IMG/VR virus record: IMGVR_UViG_3300045020_000075
Source: an uncultured virus (IMG/VR IMGVR_UViG_3300045020_000075)
Lineage: Duplodnaviria; Heunggongvirae; Uroviricota; Caudoviricetes
Direction: 5' to 3' (one strand)
DNA: 64,000 bases
Part shown: positions 28,414-38,291 of the stretch, one piece after another
Layout of the letters: each line of letters opens with the position of its first letter
How positions within the stretch are numbered: the first letter of the stretch is position 1
The notes under the pieces: generated by a model
The model's database searches: none
Seen by the model: only the letters and a program-made list of their open reading frames with translations
What the model was told of the DNA's origin: nothing
Position numbers and translations under genes: made by a program

Positions 28414-29658
28414 ATGAAACGGTTCTTCATCGCGGTTCTGCTCCTGCTGGGCTCGATCTGTGGCGCCTCGGCGCAGCAGGCCGACATGTTCTGCTGGGTG
28501 CCGGGTGCGGTGTCACCCAATAACTGGGTGCCGTGCTCGTCGACCACGCCGCTGCAGGTCACCGGCACGTTCTCGGCTTCGATTGCCGGCTTCGCGCCAG
28601 GTGGCGCCTACGCCAACCTGACTTCGACCGCGTTATCTGCCGACGTAGCGTTGCCGACCGGAACGGTTGTCGTCGCTTTCAATACCGGGACAACGGCAGT
28701 TTCGTGCACGTTTACGATCGGTGCCGGGTCGTCGGTAGCAAATCATAATGTCATTCAGGCCAGTTCGTCGAGCGCCTTCACGGTTGGTTCCAACACGCAC
28801 GTGTCCTGCATCAACCAGGCGGGTGACGCTGCGAACAACGTCGTGGTGTTCAGTGGTGGCTCTGGTCTCGCGACTGGATGGGGCGGAGGTGGTGGCGGTT
28901 TTTCTACAGTTACGGCAAATCAGGGGACGGCGAACGCGACGCCGTGGAACCAGAACGTCAGCCAGTGGGGCGGCAGCGCGGTCGGCGCGATGGCGAACTA
29001 CGGGACCTCGCCGGGTGCCGTGCTGGTGCCGGGCGTCAATGCGTTCGTAACGAACGCGAACGCGAACGTTCCGAACAATACGGATGCCCAGGCTGCGAGC
29101 GCCACTGCTGGGTCCCCTGTCGTCAATTACGGTTATGGCTTCAACGGAGCGACGTGGGACCGCTTGCAGGTTGATGGCAGCAAGAACCTTAAGGTCACCT
29201 CGATCATCACCGGAACGCTGCCGGGCTTCGCTTCGACGCCGACCGTCAATGCGGCACAGTCGGGCACATGGTCGAATGTGGGCGTCAATGTTCAAGCCGT
29301 GGCGAGCGGCGGCTGGTCGTCGAAATGGTTCATCGCTGCCAATAGCGATAATGCGACCAACCTCAAGAACTCGGCCGGCATCGTTCATGCCGTGCAAATC
29401 TACGGCATCGGATCGACGCCGGCATGGCTAAAATTCTACGACACGTCATCGTCTCCGACGTGCAACAGCAGCACGATTGTCAAGCAGCTTCTCATCCCGG
29501 CTAACAGCACGGCGGCGAACGGTGCGGGTAACAACGCCCAGGTGATCGACAAGCAATTCACCACGGGAATATCATATTGTGTCGTGACCGGGATCGCGGC
29601 AAGCGATGATACGGCAGTCGCCGCTGCCACCTACGTCGTCAACATCGATTATCAGTGA
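28414..29658 (+). CDS. Signal-peptide-bearing Ser/Thr/Gly-rich fibre-like protein
   Basis: MKRFFIAVLLLLGSICGASA|QQ; FNGATWDRL; 6 mature Cys. Confidence 0.75.
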   Translation: MKRFFIAVLLLLGSICGASAQQADMFCWVPGAVSPNNWVPCSSTTPLQVTGTFSASIAGFAPGGAYANLTSTALSADVALPTGTVVVAFNTGTTAVSCTFTIGAGSSVANHNVIQASSSSAFTVGSNTHVSCINQAGDAANNVVVFSGGSGLATGWGGGGGGFSTVTANQGTANATPWNQNVSQWGGSAVGAMANYGTSPGAVLVPGVNAFVTNANANVPNNTDAQAASATAGSPVVNYGYGFNGATWDRLQVDGSKNLKVTSIITGTLPGFASTPTVNAAQSGTWSNVGVNVQAVASGGWSSKWFIAANSDNATNLKNSAGIVHAVQIYGIGSTPAWLKFYDTSSSPTCNSSTIVKQLLIPANSTAANGAGNNAQVIDKQFTTGISYCVVTGIAASDDTAVAAATYVVNIDYQ

Positions 29659-29666
29659 GCGCGACC

Positions 29667-30578
29667 ATGCTCCGATCCTTCCTCGCGGCCTGCGCCTTTC
29701 TCTTCCTCGCCACACTACCTGCTAATGCCGCGTGTCCTGGCAACGCCTGCTTTGCCATCGGCGGCGGCTTCACGATGGATTTTGCGACAGATTCAGCCCA
29801 CTGGTCTGGTTCGACCGGCGGAACGACGTGCTCGTGCGAGCCAGGAACAAACGACGCGCTTACGTTCGATAGCAGTTCTGGTGGCGGAACAGTAACCTTC
29901 AATGTCAGCGGCGGGGTTACTGTCGCCTCGATCACGACCAGCAGCTTTACCGGAACGCTGGATAACTCCATCAATAACAACGCCGTAAATGCACAATTTT
30001 TCTTGTGCAATGGGGCCGGCACGCAAACCCTTAAGATGGGCAGTGCGACGTGGTCGATGTCGCATGTCGGCGGATCGACTTGGTTCATCAGTTGTACCAA
30101 TATGACGCTGACAGCCGGCACGTCGACTATTGCTTTTACCGGCACGGCTACCTCGACACGCACTTTTGTCGGCGGTGGCAAGACGTATAATACGGTGACG
30201 TTCAATAGCAGCACCAATTTCGCTATACAAATCACTGGTGCAAACACGTTCGGCACCCTCACGGTAAATGCGCCCAATCGAGTGGATTTTACGGGTGGTT
30301 CGACCAACACCATAACGACTCTGACGAATATCACGGGAAGCTCAAGTGCGGAGACGTTGTTCGATTCAAGTGCCCAAGGTACGACGGCAACTATTTCCCT
30401 GACGAACAACTTCACCGGCTCGTGGATGGGATTCCGAGATATAACGCTATCGGGCGCCGGAACAATGACCGCGAGCAGCTCATTTAATTTTGGCAACAAC
30501 GCCGGAGCCGGGTTGACAATTTCCGCTCCGTCTTCGGGAGGCGGCGGTAGCGGCCCTTTGATTGGTGGCGGCCTGTGA
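29667..30578 (+). CDS. Signal-peptide-bearing beta-helix/adhesin-like protein
   Basis: MLRSFLAACAFLFLATLPANA|AC; HWSGSTGG..PGTND..FD; 6 mature Cys. Confidence 0.75.
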   Translation: MLRSFLAACAFLFLATLPANAACPGNACFAIGGGFTMDFATDSAHWSGSTGGTTCSCEPGTNDALTFDSSSGGGTVTFNVSGGVTVASITTSSFTGTLDNSINNNAVNAQFFLCNGAGTQTLKMGSATWSMSHVGGSTWFISCTNMTLTAGTSTIAFTGTATSTRTFVGGGKTYNTVTFNSSTNFAIQITGANTFGTLTVNAPNRVDFTGGSTNTITTLTNITGSSSAETLFDSSAQGTTATISLTNNFTGSWMGFRDITLSGAGTMTASSSFNFGNNAGAGLTISAPSSGGGGSGPLIGGGL

Positions 30579-30579
30579 T

Positions 30580-32748
30580 ATGGCAGGCTGGAACGTTGTG
30601 AGGTTAGTCGCGGCTCTCTTGTGCTGCTTTGTTTTATGCGAGCATGCCTTCGCTCAATTCAGTATAATACAGGTTAACGGAGCCAGCCTCGGGCCGCCGT
30701 GCTCCGTCACCAAGAACATCGTCGCGGATTTCGGTGCAACTGGCGTGGCCACTGATAATGCCACACCCGCGTTCTTGTCCTTTCAGAGTTTCGCGGCGAC
30801 CTATGTTGCCGCAAATCCAGGAAACACTATCTGCCTGACGGTCCCGCCCGGCGTCTTCACGTTCGGGACGTTTCTTGCCACTCCGATCGGGGACGGAATC
30901 CCGAGCCTTGTGGTCAACGGAGCGGGAGCGACAACCGCCAATGCTGTCGATCTTGTGACGACAGCACCCGCTACGTCTGGCACCAATGTCCTTACATTCG
31001 CGAGCGTGCCGAGTTGGTTGGCAAGTGTTGGCGGTGGAGCGGTTGATCTCAACAATGGTTCGGCGATCCCTGCCTCCGTCCATGTCTCGTCGACGACTGG
31101 CACGACGGTCACGCTTTCCGGGAACCTCACGGGGAATGTCTCCGCGGGAGACAAGATCAGTTTCGCAGCCGGCGGTTATTTCCTCGGAGCGCGGGGAATA
31201 AATGCTTCGCTCGGCGCAACAGTTCAGACCGTAGCGGCGGGTTCAACCTCTGTAACCCTGACCAATCCCGCACAGGCATCTTCATTCACTGCGAACACAT
31301 TCGCATATCTCTCCGGTGTTGACCTGGAGGGGTTCGGGTTTCCTCCGAATAACTACGTGTGGGAGTACGTCTTCATCACGAACGTGAACGCCGGCACCGG
31401 TGTCATCACGTTTCAGCAGCCAACGCAGTTTTCTTACGAATCGACTTGGCCGACCTATGCGACTGATACCGGAGGGCCGGCTACGATTTTCCCAATGCCC
31501 TCGACCTGGAACGTCGCGAATTGGTATAACGGTCTGAGCATTTATCAATGGACTGGCGGGTCCCTCATTAATATGAACGGCCGCCAGATCACCTGCAATT
31601 CGTGCACATTTACCAATTGGGGTCCGAATATTTCGCAGCAGCAGACGTTTATCTGCAATGGGTGCGATTTGACCAACATCGGTCGGCTAGAGACCGACAA
31701 GATGTGGCAGAATGTGACTTTCAACGGCGGGACTATCGAGGGCTTTTTTATCCAGTCTGGTAGCCTGACCGGAACGCTGACCCTTAACAACGTACACGTA
31801 ACCCATTCCATCGCTGGGACACCAGGATACTTCTATCTCAACAACTCGGCCGTCGATACCGGATTGCAGATCGGCCCCGGCTTCGGCCAAACGCAGATCG
31901 CATCATGCACCAACAGCCAGCTTCCCGGCGATGCGCAATATGGTGGCAACTTTTTAAGCTCATTCAACAATGCCGGCTCATCAATGAGCGGTGGCATCGT
32001 CACAATACCGCTATCGGTCCAACATCCGATTACTTCGTTCGGGCCGAATGTTCAGATGTTCTGGGCGGGGAATACGACCTTTGCGATTCCGTTCAGCTTC
32101 ATCGATCTCACCGCGGACGCTACGAATTCATATCTTCAAGTCACGACGCCTGGAGGGTTCCCGGCCCTTACGGGCGGCCACAGTGCCCGCTCAGTTGCGG
32201 CGCAAAGCCTGAACTTCTCGGGATGTACGGGGACACCCCAGGTCGTCGATCTCTCCCAGCCTGGCGCACGAAATAAGCCCTGGGGGCACTATTCCAATCG
32301 AATCTACACCTGCACGAACAATGTCGCGACAATCCAGGCCGCCAATCCTGGTGTGCCCGTGATCGACATGAACAGCGTGCCGACGACCGACCCGCTTATA
32401 AACGGCGCCATCGCGTCGATGTCCGTCAGTGTGTCACCTGCCGACACGGGCGCAAACCCGACCGTTAATTTTCATGCTATGGCGGCGTTCGACAATTATC
32501 CGACAATCTCGCCGACAACCGCCGCAACCACAACATGGGGCGCCATCATCAATCTCAAGGCTGCTGGAACGCGAACGTATAACGGAACGACTGCGGCGTG
32601 GTCGGGCAGCCAGTCAGGCGACACACTGCCGACGATCGAGGCTTCCAGTTACATGACCGGAGTTATGCAGCCCAACACCAGCGTGAACCTGAGTGGGGAG
32701 GCGGCGAATGCGTGCCCAGTCGTCACCGTGACGATCCAGACTCAGTAG
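30580..32748 (+). CDS. Signal-peptide-bearing tailspike-like beta-helix protein
   Basis: ...CFVLCEHAFA|QF; NIVADFGATG.ATDNATPAF (pectate-lyase-3-like start); 10 mature Cys. Confidence 0.75.
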   Translation: MAGWNVVRLVAALLCCFVLCEHAFAQFSIIQVNGASLGPPCSVTKNIVADFGATGVATDNATPAFLSFQSFAATYVAANPGNTICLTVPPGVFTFGTFLATPIGDGIPSLVVNGAGATTANAVDLVTTAPATSGTNVLTFASVPSWLASVGGGAVDLNNGSAIPASVHVSSTTGTTVTLSGNLTGNVSAGDKISFAAGGYFLGARGINASLGATVQTVAAGSTSVTLTNPAQASSFTANTFAYLSGVDLEGFGFPPNNYVWEYVFITNVNAGTGVITFQQPTQFSYESTWPTYATDTGGPATIFPMPSTWNVANWYNGLSIYQWTGGSLINMNGRQITCNSCTFTNWGPNISQQQTFICNGCDLTNIGRLETDKMWQNVTFNGGTIEGFFIQSGSLTGTLTLNNVHVTHSIAGTPGYFYLNNSAVDTGLQIGPGFGQTQIASCTNSQLPGDAQYGGNFLSSFNNAGSSMSGGIVTIPLSVQHPITSFGPNVQMFWAGNTTFAIPFSFIDLTADATNSYLQVTTPGGFPALTGGHSARSVAAQSLNFSGCTGTPQVVDLSQPGARNKPWGHYSNRIYTCTNNVATIQAANPGVPVIDMNSVPTTDPLINGAIASMSVSVSPADTGANPTVNFHAMAAFDNYPTISPTTAATTTWGAIINLKAAGTRTYNGTTAAWSGSQSGDTLPTIEASSYMTGVMQPNTSVNLSGEAANACPVVTVTIQTQ

Positions 32749-32869
32749 GGGGCGGAACGTAATAGGGGATGCGCTCCGTGTTGCACCGCGAACACCAAAA
32801 CGACGCGTCACGGTAGAGCCAACGGTGAAGTCCGAGCCGGCATAGAATCTGGCCGATGAAACTTCTCAT
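32723..32869 (-). CDS. 48-aa Zn-ribbon mini-protein (antisense)
   Basis: Hand translation MRSFIGQILCRLGLHRWLYRDASFWCSRCNTERIPYY... Confidence 0.55.
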   Translation of the reverse strand: MRSFIGQILCRLGLHRWLYRDASFWCSRCNTERIPYYVPPPTESGSSR

Positions 32870-32996
32870 GGAATGTCTCGCGAGAACGCGTGGGACATTA
32901 CAACCTACGGACTAGCCAAGGTCAAGGCCCCATCCGCTCATGGAACATCGTTGACACAGGTGTGATTTTTATGCAACACTCCCCGCGGAGGAACTG

Positions 32997-33479
32997 ATGG
33001 CCTCGCCGATTCAGCAATCAGGACAAGTCACGCCGGGTCATGTCGCGATCTTCACGACCGATGGCGTGATTCAAGATGGTGGCCCGCTGCTCGGACCCTC
33101 CGAGACCAAGCTGGCCCAGCTCCTCGGCGCCAACTTCAATACGACGAATGACCAGCAGATCGCGATACCGACTACGATCACCAAATTCCAGCTCACCCGC
33201 ATCGTGGTGACGAATGCCAGTCCGTCGCTCACCACCGCGGTCGGGGGGTTCTACCCGCAACCCGCCAAGGGCGGTACCGCGCTGGTCGCGAACAGCCAAG
33301 TTTACTCGTCGCTCACGACTGCGTCCGTGCTGCTCAACCCGACACTGACTTCGTATGCCAACACGACCGCGTTGACGGCCGCGATCCTCACGTCGTTCTC
33401 GATTTACTTCTCGCTTTCTACGCCGCAAGGCGCGGCAGCGGTCGGTGACATTTTCCTGTTCGGAGTGATCCTCCAGTGA
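32997..33479 (+). CDS. Cys-free structural protein sharing an N-terminal module with 33476..36502
   Basis: GGAGG SD; IQQSGQVTPGHVAIFTTDGVIQDGG. Confidence 0.7.
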   Translation: MASPIQQSGQVTPGHVAIFTTDGVIQDGGPLLGPSETKLAQLLGANFNTTNDQQIAIPTTITKFQLTRIVVTNASPSLTTAVGGFYPQPAKGGTALVANSQVYSSLTTASVLLNPTLTSYANTTALTAAILTSFSIYFSLSTPQGAAAVGDIFLFGVILQ

Positions 33480-36400
33480 CGTGGCTGAAGCGCCTCGCGG
33501 CGATCATCTTCTGGTTCGCGCTGGTTCACTCGGCGCACGCACAATCAGTGATTCAGTCGGGCAACGTGACGCCCACCCATTTGTCCTGTTGGACGAGTGG
33601 GGGCGTCATCCAGGATTGTGGCAGCGCCTTCAACCCATACGCCTCAGGAATTGGCGCGATCGGGCCGGTGTGCTCGCTCAGTGCCGGCATCACGGGACCG
33701 TACCAGCAGTTTTGCCTGCAGGCCGGTTCTGGTGGTGGCGTGCTGTCGATCCAGAACTTCGGCGGTGCCACAGCGGGCGGGATCAGTTTCACGATCAACG
33801 GAACGCCGGCTACTTTTCCGACCGTCGTGACGCCAACCGTTAGCGGCGATCTTGCATCATTCAACAACACGATCGGCACGCTTATTGACTCAGGTATCGC
33901 CAGCAGTAGCATCCTTCCAAACATCGACGTGTGGCTGCTGACCGGCAGCAGTAACACAGTCGGACAAGGTAGCTCAGCGTCAGCTCCGATTCCGCCAGCA
34001 AGCGCGCTGATGTTTTGTAATTCCGGCGCCACTAATCCAGGTGTTACGCATCTCGTCGATCCGGTTTGCAGTGCCGTCTCCGCTTCCGCAAATTGGAATG
34101 CTAATACTGGCAGTATGTGGCCAGAGTTTTCCCTCTCGTACAACCGCTCGGTCGGAATCGTACAGACGGCGGTCTCTGGCTCAACTCAATCGACCGCTTG
34201 TGATTTCGGTGTTGGCAACGGCAACTGGCAAGTGACTGGCGCCGGCACGAACTACACGAACGCCGTGGCAGCGATCAATACGGCACTGGTTGCCTATGCT
34301 GCCGCTGGGTACTTCCCGATCTTTCGTGGGATCATTCAAACTGATCTAGGCGTCAACGACGGTGCGCAGATCGATGCTTCCGTCAGCGGGTGTACGCAGG
34401 CGGCTTACACGACGGCGTTCAACGCTATGGCTGCGAACTTTCGAGCAGCCACGATCGGAGGCAGAACTTATCCGCGCCTGCCGATTTACATGACATTGGT
34501 TGGTACCAATTCGAACGCTTCGTTCCCGGACTCTCCCGGCTATTTGCAGGTCAGGCAAGCACAGTTGTCGATCGTCGCATCTGATCTCAACACGCAGATC
34601 GTGAACGTGGATGCACTAAGTTTTGGTGCACGAGGATTGCTCCAGACTAACAGCGTGCATCCGACGCAAGCCGGTTACAACGAATGGGGCGCTCAAATCG
34701 GCGCATCCGTGCTCCCGTTCATTCCGGCCGTAATTCCGTACGTGTCTTACAGCGCAAATGCGAGTGCACCAACGCTTCCAACCGCCGGCACTGTTCTCCA
34801 GATTACAGGAGTAGATAACGCCTCAACCACTGTTCAGACGGATTCGTATGGCAGCGCGGCATCGACATTTTTGCTACGAAGCGCGGCAGGCACCGGAGTT
34901 ACTCCAACTGCCATTCAAAATGGTTCCAATATCGGAATTTTCGCAGCGAGAGGTTATGGCGCGACGGGCTTCGGTACGCGTAACGTAGGAGCACTGTTGT
35001 TCGCGGCTACTCAGAACTGGACTGACACCGCGCAGGGCACCCAGGCGTGCATCTACACGACGGCGAACGGCGCCAACACGGCGACTTGCAATCTGACGAT
35101 CGGGCAGAACGGTCTGATTTCCGCAGGCGCGCTCACGCTGACCGGGACGCTCACGACGAACGTCACGGGCTCGACGCAATGCCTGCACGTCAATACGGCG
35201 GGCGCTATTTCGGGTACGGGGAGCGATTGCGGATCGGGCGGCGGCGGTAGCATCACGATCGGCTCGACTGACATCACGAGTGGAACTAACGGCCGCATTC
35301 TCTATGATAATTCAGGCGTTGTCGGTGAGGCGACAGTCACCGGCTCGCTCGGCTCGGTAGTGCTCAGCACCAGCCCATCCATCTCCGGCCTCACAGTCAC
35401 CAGCTCTTTCACCGCGACCGGGCTCGTGACGAACGCCGATCTTGCGAACTCCAGCGTGACCTACGGCACGACGGCGGTCGCGCTCGGCGCCTCGTCAACG
35501 TCGATCGCGGGGCTGACCGAGCTGAGCCTGACCTCGGCGGCCGGCGCAACGGTCGACTGGAACGCGGACACGTATTTCGGCCGCAGCGCGGCGGCGGCGT
35601 TGCGGCTCGGACAAGCGGACGCGGCTGCTCCGGTTGCGCAAAAGCTCGGCGTGCAGAATGTCGTCACTGGAACCAGCAACACCGCGGGCACTGACTGGAC
35701 GATCGCTGGATCGCAGGGCACCGGCACCGGAATTGGTGGCAACATCAAGTTTCAAGTCGCGCCAGCCGGCACGACCGGCACGAGCGTCAATGCGCTCACC
35801 GACGCGATGCAGATTTACAATACGAAGTTTGTCAACATTGGCGGCAACTTCGCTCCTGACGCGATGTTCGTCGTCAACGCCAATACCGGCGTAGTGTCCC
35901 CCGGCGCACAGCTGGGCACGCTGATACATTTGATCGCCGCTGACAGCACGGTCGGGGTTTTTGATTTCGATGCTTTTACTTCTCTCAGTATCTTCCAGGG
36001 TAGGTTGGCCGGAGGAACGCGAGCGGCGCCAACCGCGGCGACCGCGGCTTCTTATATCTTCAACATTCAAGGTCAGGTGTATGATGGCAGCACAGGTTAT
36101 GCTGGCGCGGCAGACATCGGCTTCAAGACCATCAGCCAAACCTCGACCTCCGATCACAGCGGCCAGATCATATTCCGCACCGTAGCGGTCGGAGCCACGT
36201 CACTGACACAGCGCATGCTGATCGACCAGGGCGTCATCATCGGCGCTGGCACGACCGATCCGGGTGCTGGCAGCGCGCTCGCCTCAGGCTTCCTCTCTAT
36301 CGGATCAAGCACGGTGCCGACTGCCTCGGCCGGCGAGTTAGTGCTTGCCAAGATCAGTGCAACAGGCACGGCGCCGACTGCCGGTTTCCTCAAGTTCGAG

Positions 36401-36502
36401 GCGGTCGCTGGTACCAACGCGGGATCGTGCAAGATTATAGCCTACGCCGGCACATCAACTACACCTGTCACCATCATTGATAACGTCGGGAGCGGCTGCT
36501 GA
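33476..36502 (+). CDS. Signal-peptide-bearing fibre protein with an SGNH/carbohydrate O-acetylesterase domain
   Basis: ...FALVHSAHA|QS; LLTGSSN (block I), VSGS, LGVND, NSVHPTQAGY; 14 mature Cys. Confidence 0.8.
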   Translation: MTWLKRLAAIIFWFALVHSAHAQSVIQSGNVTPTHLSCWTSGGVIQDCGSAFNPYASGIGAIGPVCSLSAGITGPYQQFCLQAGSGGGVLSIQNFGGATAGGISFTINGTPATFPTVVTPTVSGDLASFNNTIGTLIDSGIASSSILPNIDVWLLTGSSNTVGQGSSASAPIPPASALMFCNSGATNPGVTHLVDPVCSAVSASANWNANTGSMWPEFSLSYNRSVGIVQTAVSGSTQSTACDFGVGNGNWQVTGAGTNYTNAVAAINTALVAYAAAGYFPIFRGIIQTDLGVNDGAQIDASVSGCTQAAYTTAFNAMAANFRAATIGGRTYPRLPIYMTLVGTNSNASFPDSPGYLQVRQAQLSIVASDLNTQIVNVDALSFGARGLLQTNSVHPTQAGYNEWGAQIGASVLPFIPAVIPYVSYSANASAPTLPTAGTVLQITGVDNASTTVQTDSYGSAASTFLLRSAAGTGVTPTAIQNGSNIGIFAARGYGATGFGTRNVGALLFAATQNWTDTAQGTQACIYTTANGANTATCNLTIGQNGLISAGALTLTGTLTTNVTGSTQCLHVNTAGAISGTGSDCGSGGGGSITIGSTDITSGTNGRILYDNSGVVGEATVTGSLGSVVLSTSPSISGLTVTSSFTATGLVTNADLANSSVTYGTTAVALGASSTSIAGLTELSLTSAAGATVDWNADTYFGRSAAAALRLGQADAAAPVAQKLGVQNVVTGTSNTAGTDWTIAGSQGTGTGIGGNIKFQVAPAGTTGTSVNALTDAMQIYNTKFVNIGGNFAPDAMFVVNANTGVVSPGAQLGTLIHLIAADSTVGVFDFDAFTSLSIFQGRLAGGTRAAPTAATAASYIFNIQGQVYDGSTGYAGAADIGFKTISQTSTSDHSGQIIFRTVAVGATSLTQRMLIDQGVIIGAGTTDPGAGSALASGFLSIGSSTVPTASAGELVLAKISATGTAPTAGFLKFEAVAGTNAGSCKIIAYAGTSTTPVTIIDNVGSGC

Positions 36503-36819
36503 TGCGTGCAATTGCCTTGCTGTTGATCCTCGCCCCGCTCGCGGCCTTTGCGGCTGGCCTGTCGCCCGGCGTCAATGTCGATATGGGCTGCACTAGCACA
36601 GGCCAGGGTCTTACCTACAACGGCAGTTCGATCGTGTGTCAGGCGCCGCAGCGGCCGGTGACCACGGTAGGCTCGCTACCGACTTGCAACAGTGGTACGC
36701 AGGGGCAGATGATGTTCGTTACCGACGCGCTCGCGCCAGTCGCGTTGTCTGCCGTCGCAGGCAGCGGTGCCGTCAAGATCGGTGTGACGTGCAACGGTAC
36801 ATCGTGGATCGTACAGTAG
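36502..36819 (+). CDS. Small secreted protein with a fibre C-terminal module
   Basis: MRAIALLLILAPLAAFA|AG; TVGSLPTCN..QG..FVTDA..VTCNGTSW. Confidence 0.75.
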   Translation: MRAIALLLILAPLAAFAAGLSPGVNVDMGCTSTGQGLTYNGSSIVCQAPQRPVTTVGSLPTCNSGTQGQMMFVTDALAPVALSAVAGSGAVKIGVTCNGTSWIVQ

Positions 36820-36830
36820 AGAAAAGAACA

Positions 36831-37064
36831 ATGAAACGACTTGTTACCATCTTCTTTTTCTTCGCACTAGTCTACTCGTCGAACGCACAGACGCCCCCAA
36901 CGCCAGAGGCACAGGCGCTCGCGCAAAAGCTCATGTCCGAAATCAATGCCAATATTCAATGCGCGGCCGCCAACATCACGCTCAATCAGCAGCTCACTGC
37001 CGCGCAAGCGAAGATCAAGGCTCTTGAAGACAAATACGGGCCAAAGAAGGATGTGCCAAAATGA
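36831..37064 (+). CDS. Signal peptide plus coiled-coil protein (spanin-like or fibre chaperone)
   Basis: MKRLVTIFFFFALVYSSNA|QT; LTAAQAKIKALE. Confidence 0.65.
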   Translation: MKRLVTIFFFFALVYSSNAQTPPTPEAQALAQKLMSEINANIQCAAANITLNQQLTAAQAKIKALEDKYGPKKDVPK

Positions 37065-37699
37065 CCGACTTCCCGACCGCTCTCAAGAAGCTGTGGCCCC
37101 ACGGCGACCAGCACATCCCTGGTCTCGTCGAGGGCATAATTACATCAGCGTATATCGTCTTTCCGAAGTACGGCATCACGATTCCGCTCGTCATCGCGCA
37201 TATGTTCGCGCAGTTCAGCGAGGAATGCGGTGCCGGATTAGAGATGGTAGAGAATATGAATTACAGCGAATCCGGGCTGCTGAAGACCTTCCCAACGCAT
37301 TTCACCGGATCGATGGCCGAACGCTACGCCCACAGCCCGCGCATGATCGCCGACGTGGCTTATGGGGGCCGGATGGGCAACGCACCGCCGCCCTCCGACG
37401 ACGGCTGGAACTATCGCGGTCAGGGGTTGAGTCAGGTGACCGGGAAGGCCGGGGTCGAGATTTTGCAGAAGACGCTCGACGCCCACGGTGCCGGCTTTGA
37501 CGTGGTCGAGAACCCGTCGCTGATCACCGATCCAACCCACACGCTAGAATGCGGCGTGGCCGACTACATCGCGTGTGGGTGCCTGCCGCATGCTGAGCGC
37601 GACGATATCGTCGGCGAGACGCGCGCGCTCAACGGCGGCCTCAACGGGCTGGCGGTGCGCGAGCAATGGTTGCGGCAGTGGAAGGCTGAACTGCTATGA
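37061..37699 (+). CDS. Endolysin, glycoside hydrolase family 19
   Basis: AHMFAQFSEEC, ENMNYS, YGGRMGN..DGWNYRGQGLSQVTGK, TRALNGGLNGL..R. Confidence 0.9.
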   Translation: MTDFPTALKKLWPHGDQHIPGLVEGIITSAYIVFPKYGITIPLVIAHMFAQFSEECGAGLEMVENMNYSESGLLKTFPTHFTGSMAERYAHSPRMIADVAYGGRMGNAPPPSDDGWNYRGQGLSQVTGKAGVEILQKTLDAHGAGFDVVENPSLITDPTHTLECGVADYIACGCLPHAERDDIVGETRALNGGLNGLAVREQWLRQWKAELL

Positions 37700-37944
37700 G
37701 TTGGCTCTGGGTTTACTGGCCTCTGGCGCTCGCGTTCATCGCGCTCGTGTTGTTCGCGATTCCCGAGTGGGCCGCGATTCGGTACGGCGGCCCGACGTTC
37801 TCACGGTTCATGGCGACGGTCGCGAACGCAGGCGCGGCCGGCAAACTGTGGGTGCTGGCGTGGGGAATGCTGATCGGAGGACTTGCGGTGCATTTCCTAG
37901 GATGGTGTATGTATACGTGTGACGGCAAACTCACAGGAGGATAG
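37696..37944 (+). CDS. Two-TM membrane protein (lysis module)
   Basis: Hydrophobic segments; ATGA overlap. Confidence 0.65.
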   Translation: MSWLWVYWPLALAFIALVLFAIPEWAAIRYGGPTFSRFMATVANAGAAGKLWVLAWGMLIGGLAVHFLGWCMYTCDGKLTGG

Positions 37945-37947
37945 AAC

Positions 37948-38214
37948 ATGGACACCGTGACGGTCCCGGTCGCGTCGAGCTGGGTTTCGAAGATCAATTG
38001 GACACAGGTCGTGTCGGCCTTCGCGATGCTGTTGTCGTGGTACTCGGGCGGCAAGGTCGGCTTGACGGCCGACCAGCAGGTCGCGCTCGTCACGTCGATC
38101 GGCGTGCTGACGAACATCGTCACGTGGGTCATGCGGACGTGGTTCACCAAGACGGTAACACCGTCCTCGGTCCCGGCCACCACGCCGATCGTCCGGCAAG
38201 CTGGCACGCAATAA
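37948..38214 (+). CDS. Holin-like protein
   Basis: AGGAGG SD; SSWVSKINW; two TM; MRTWFTKTV. Confidence 0.7.
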   Translation: MDTVTVPVASSWVSKINWTQVVSAFAMLLSWYSGGKVGLTADQQVALVTSIGVLTNIVTWVMRTWFTKTVTPSSVPATTPIVRQAGTQ

Positions 38215-38291
38215 ACCCTGAGTGTGGCCGGGATGACACACCTCTTGGGTGTACGCTGTGGTCGCCCATTCCGGGCAACGGAGGAAGGGAC

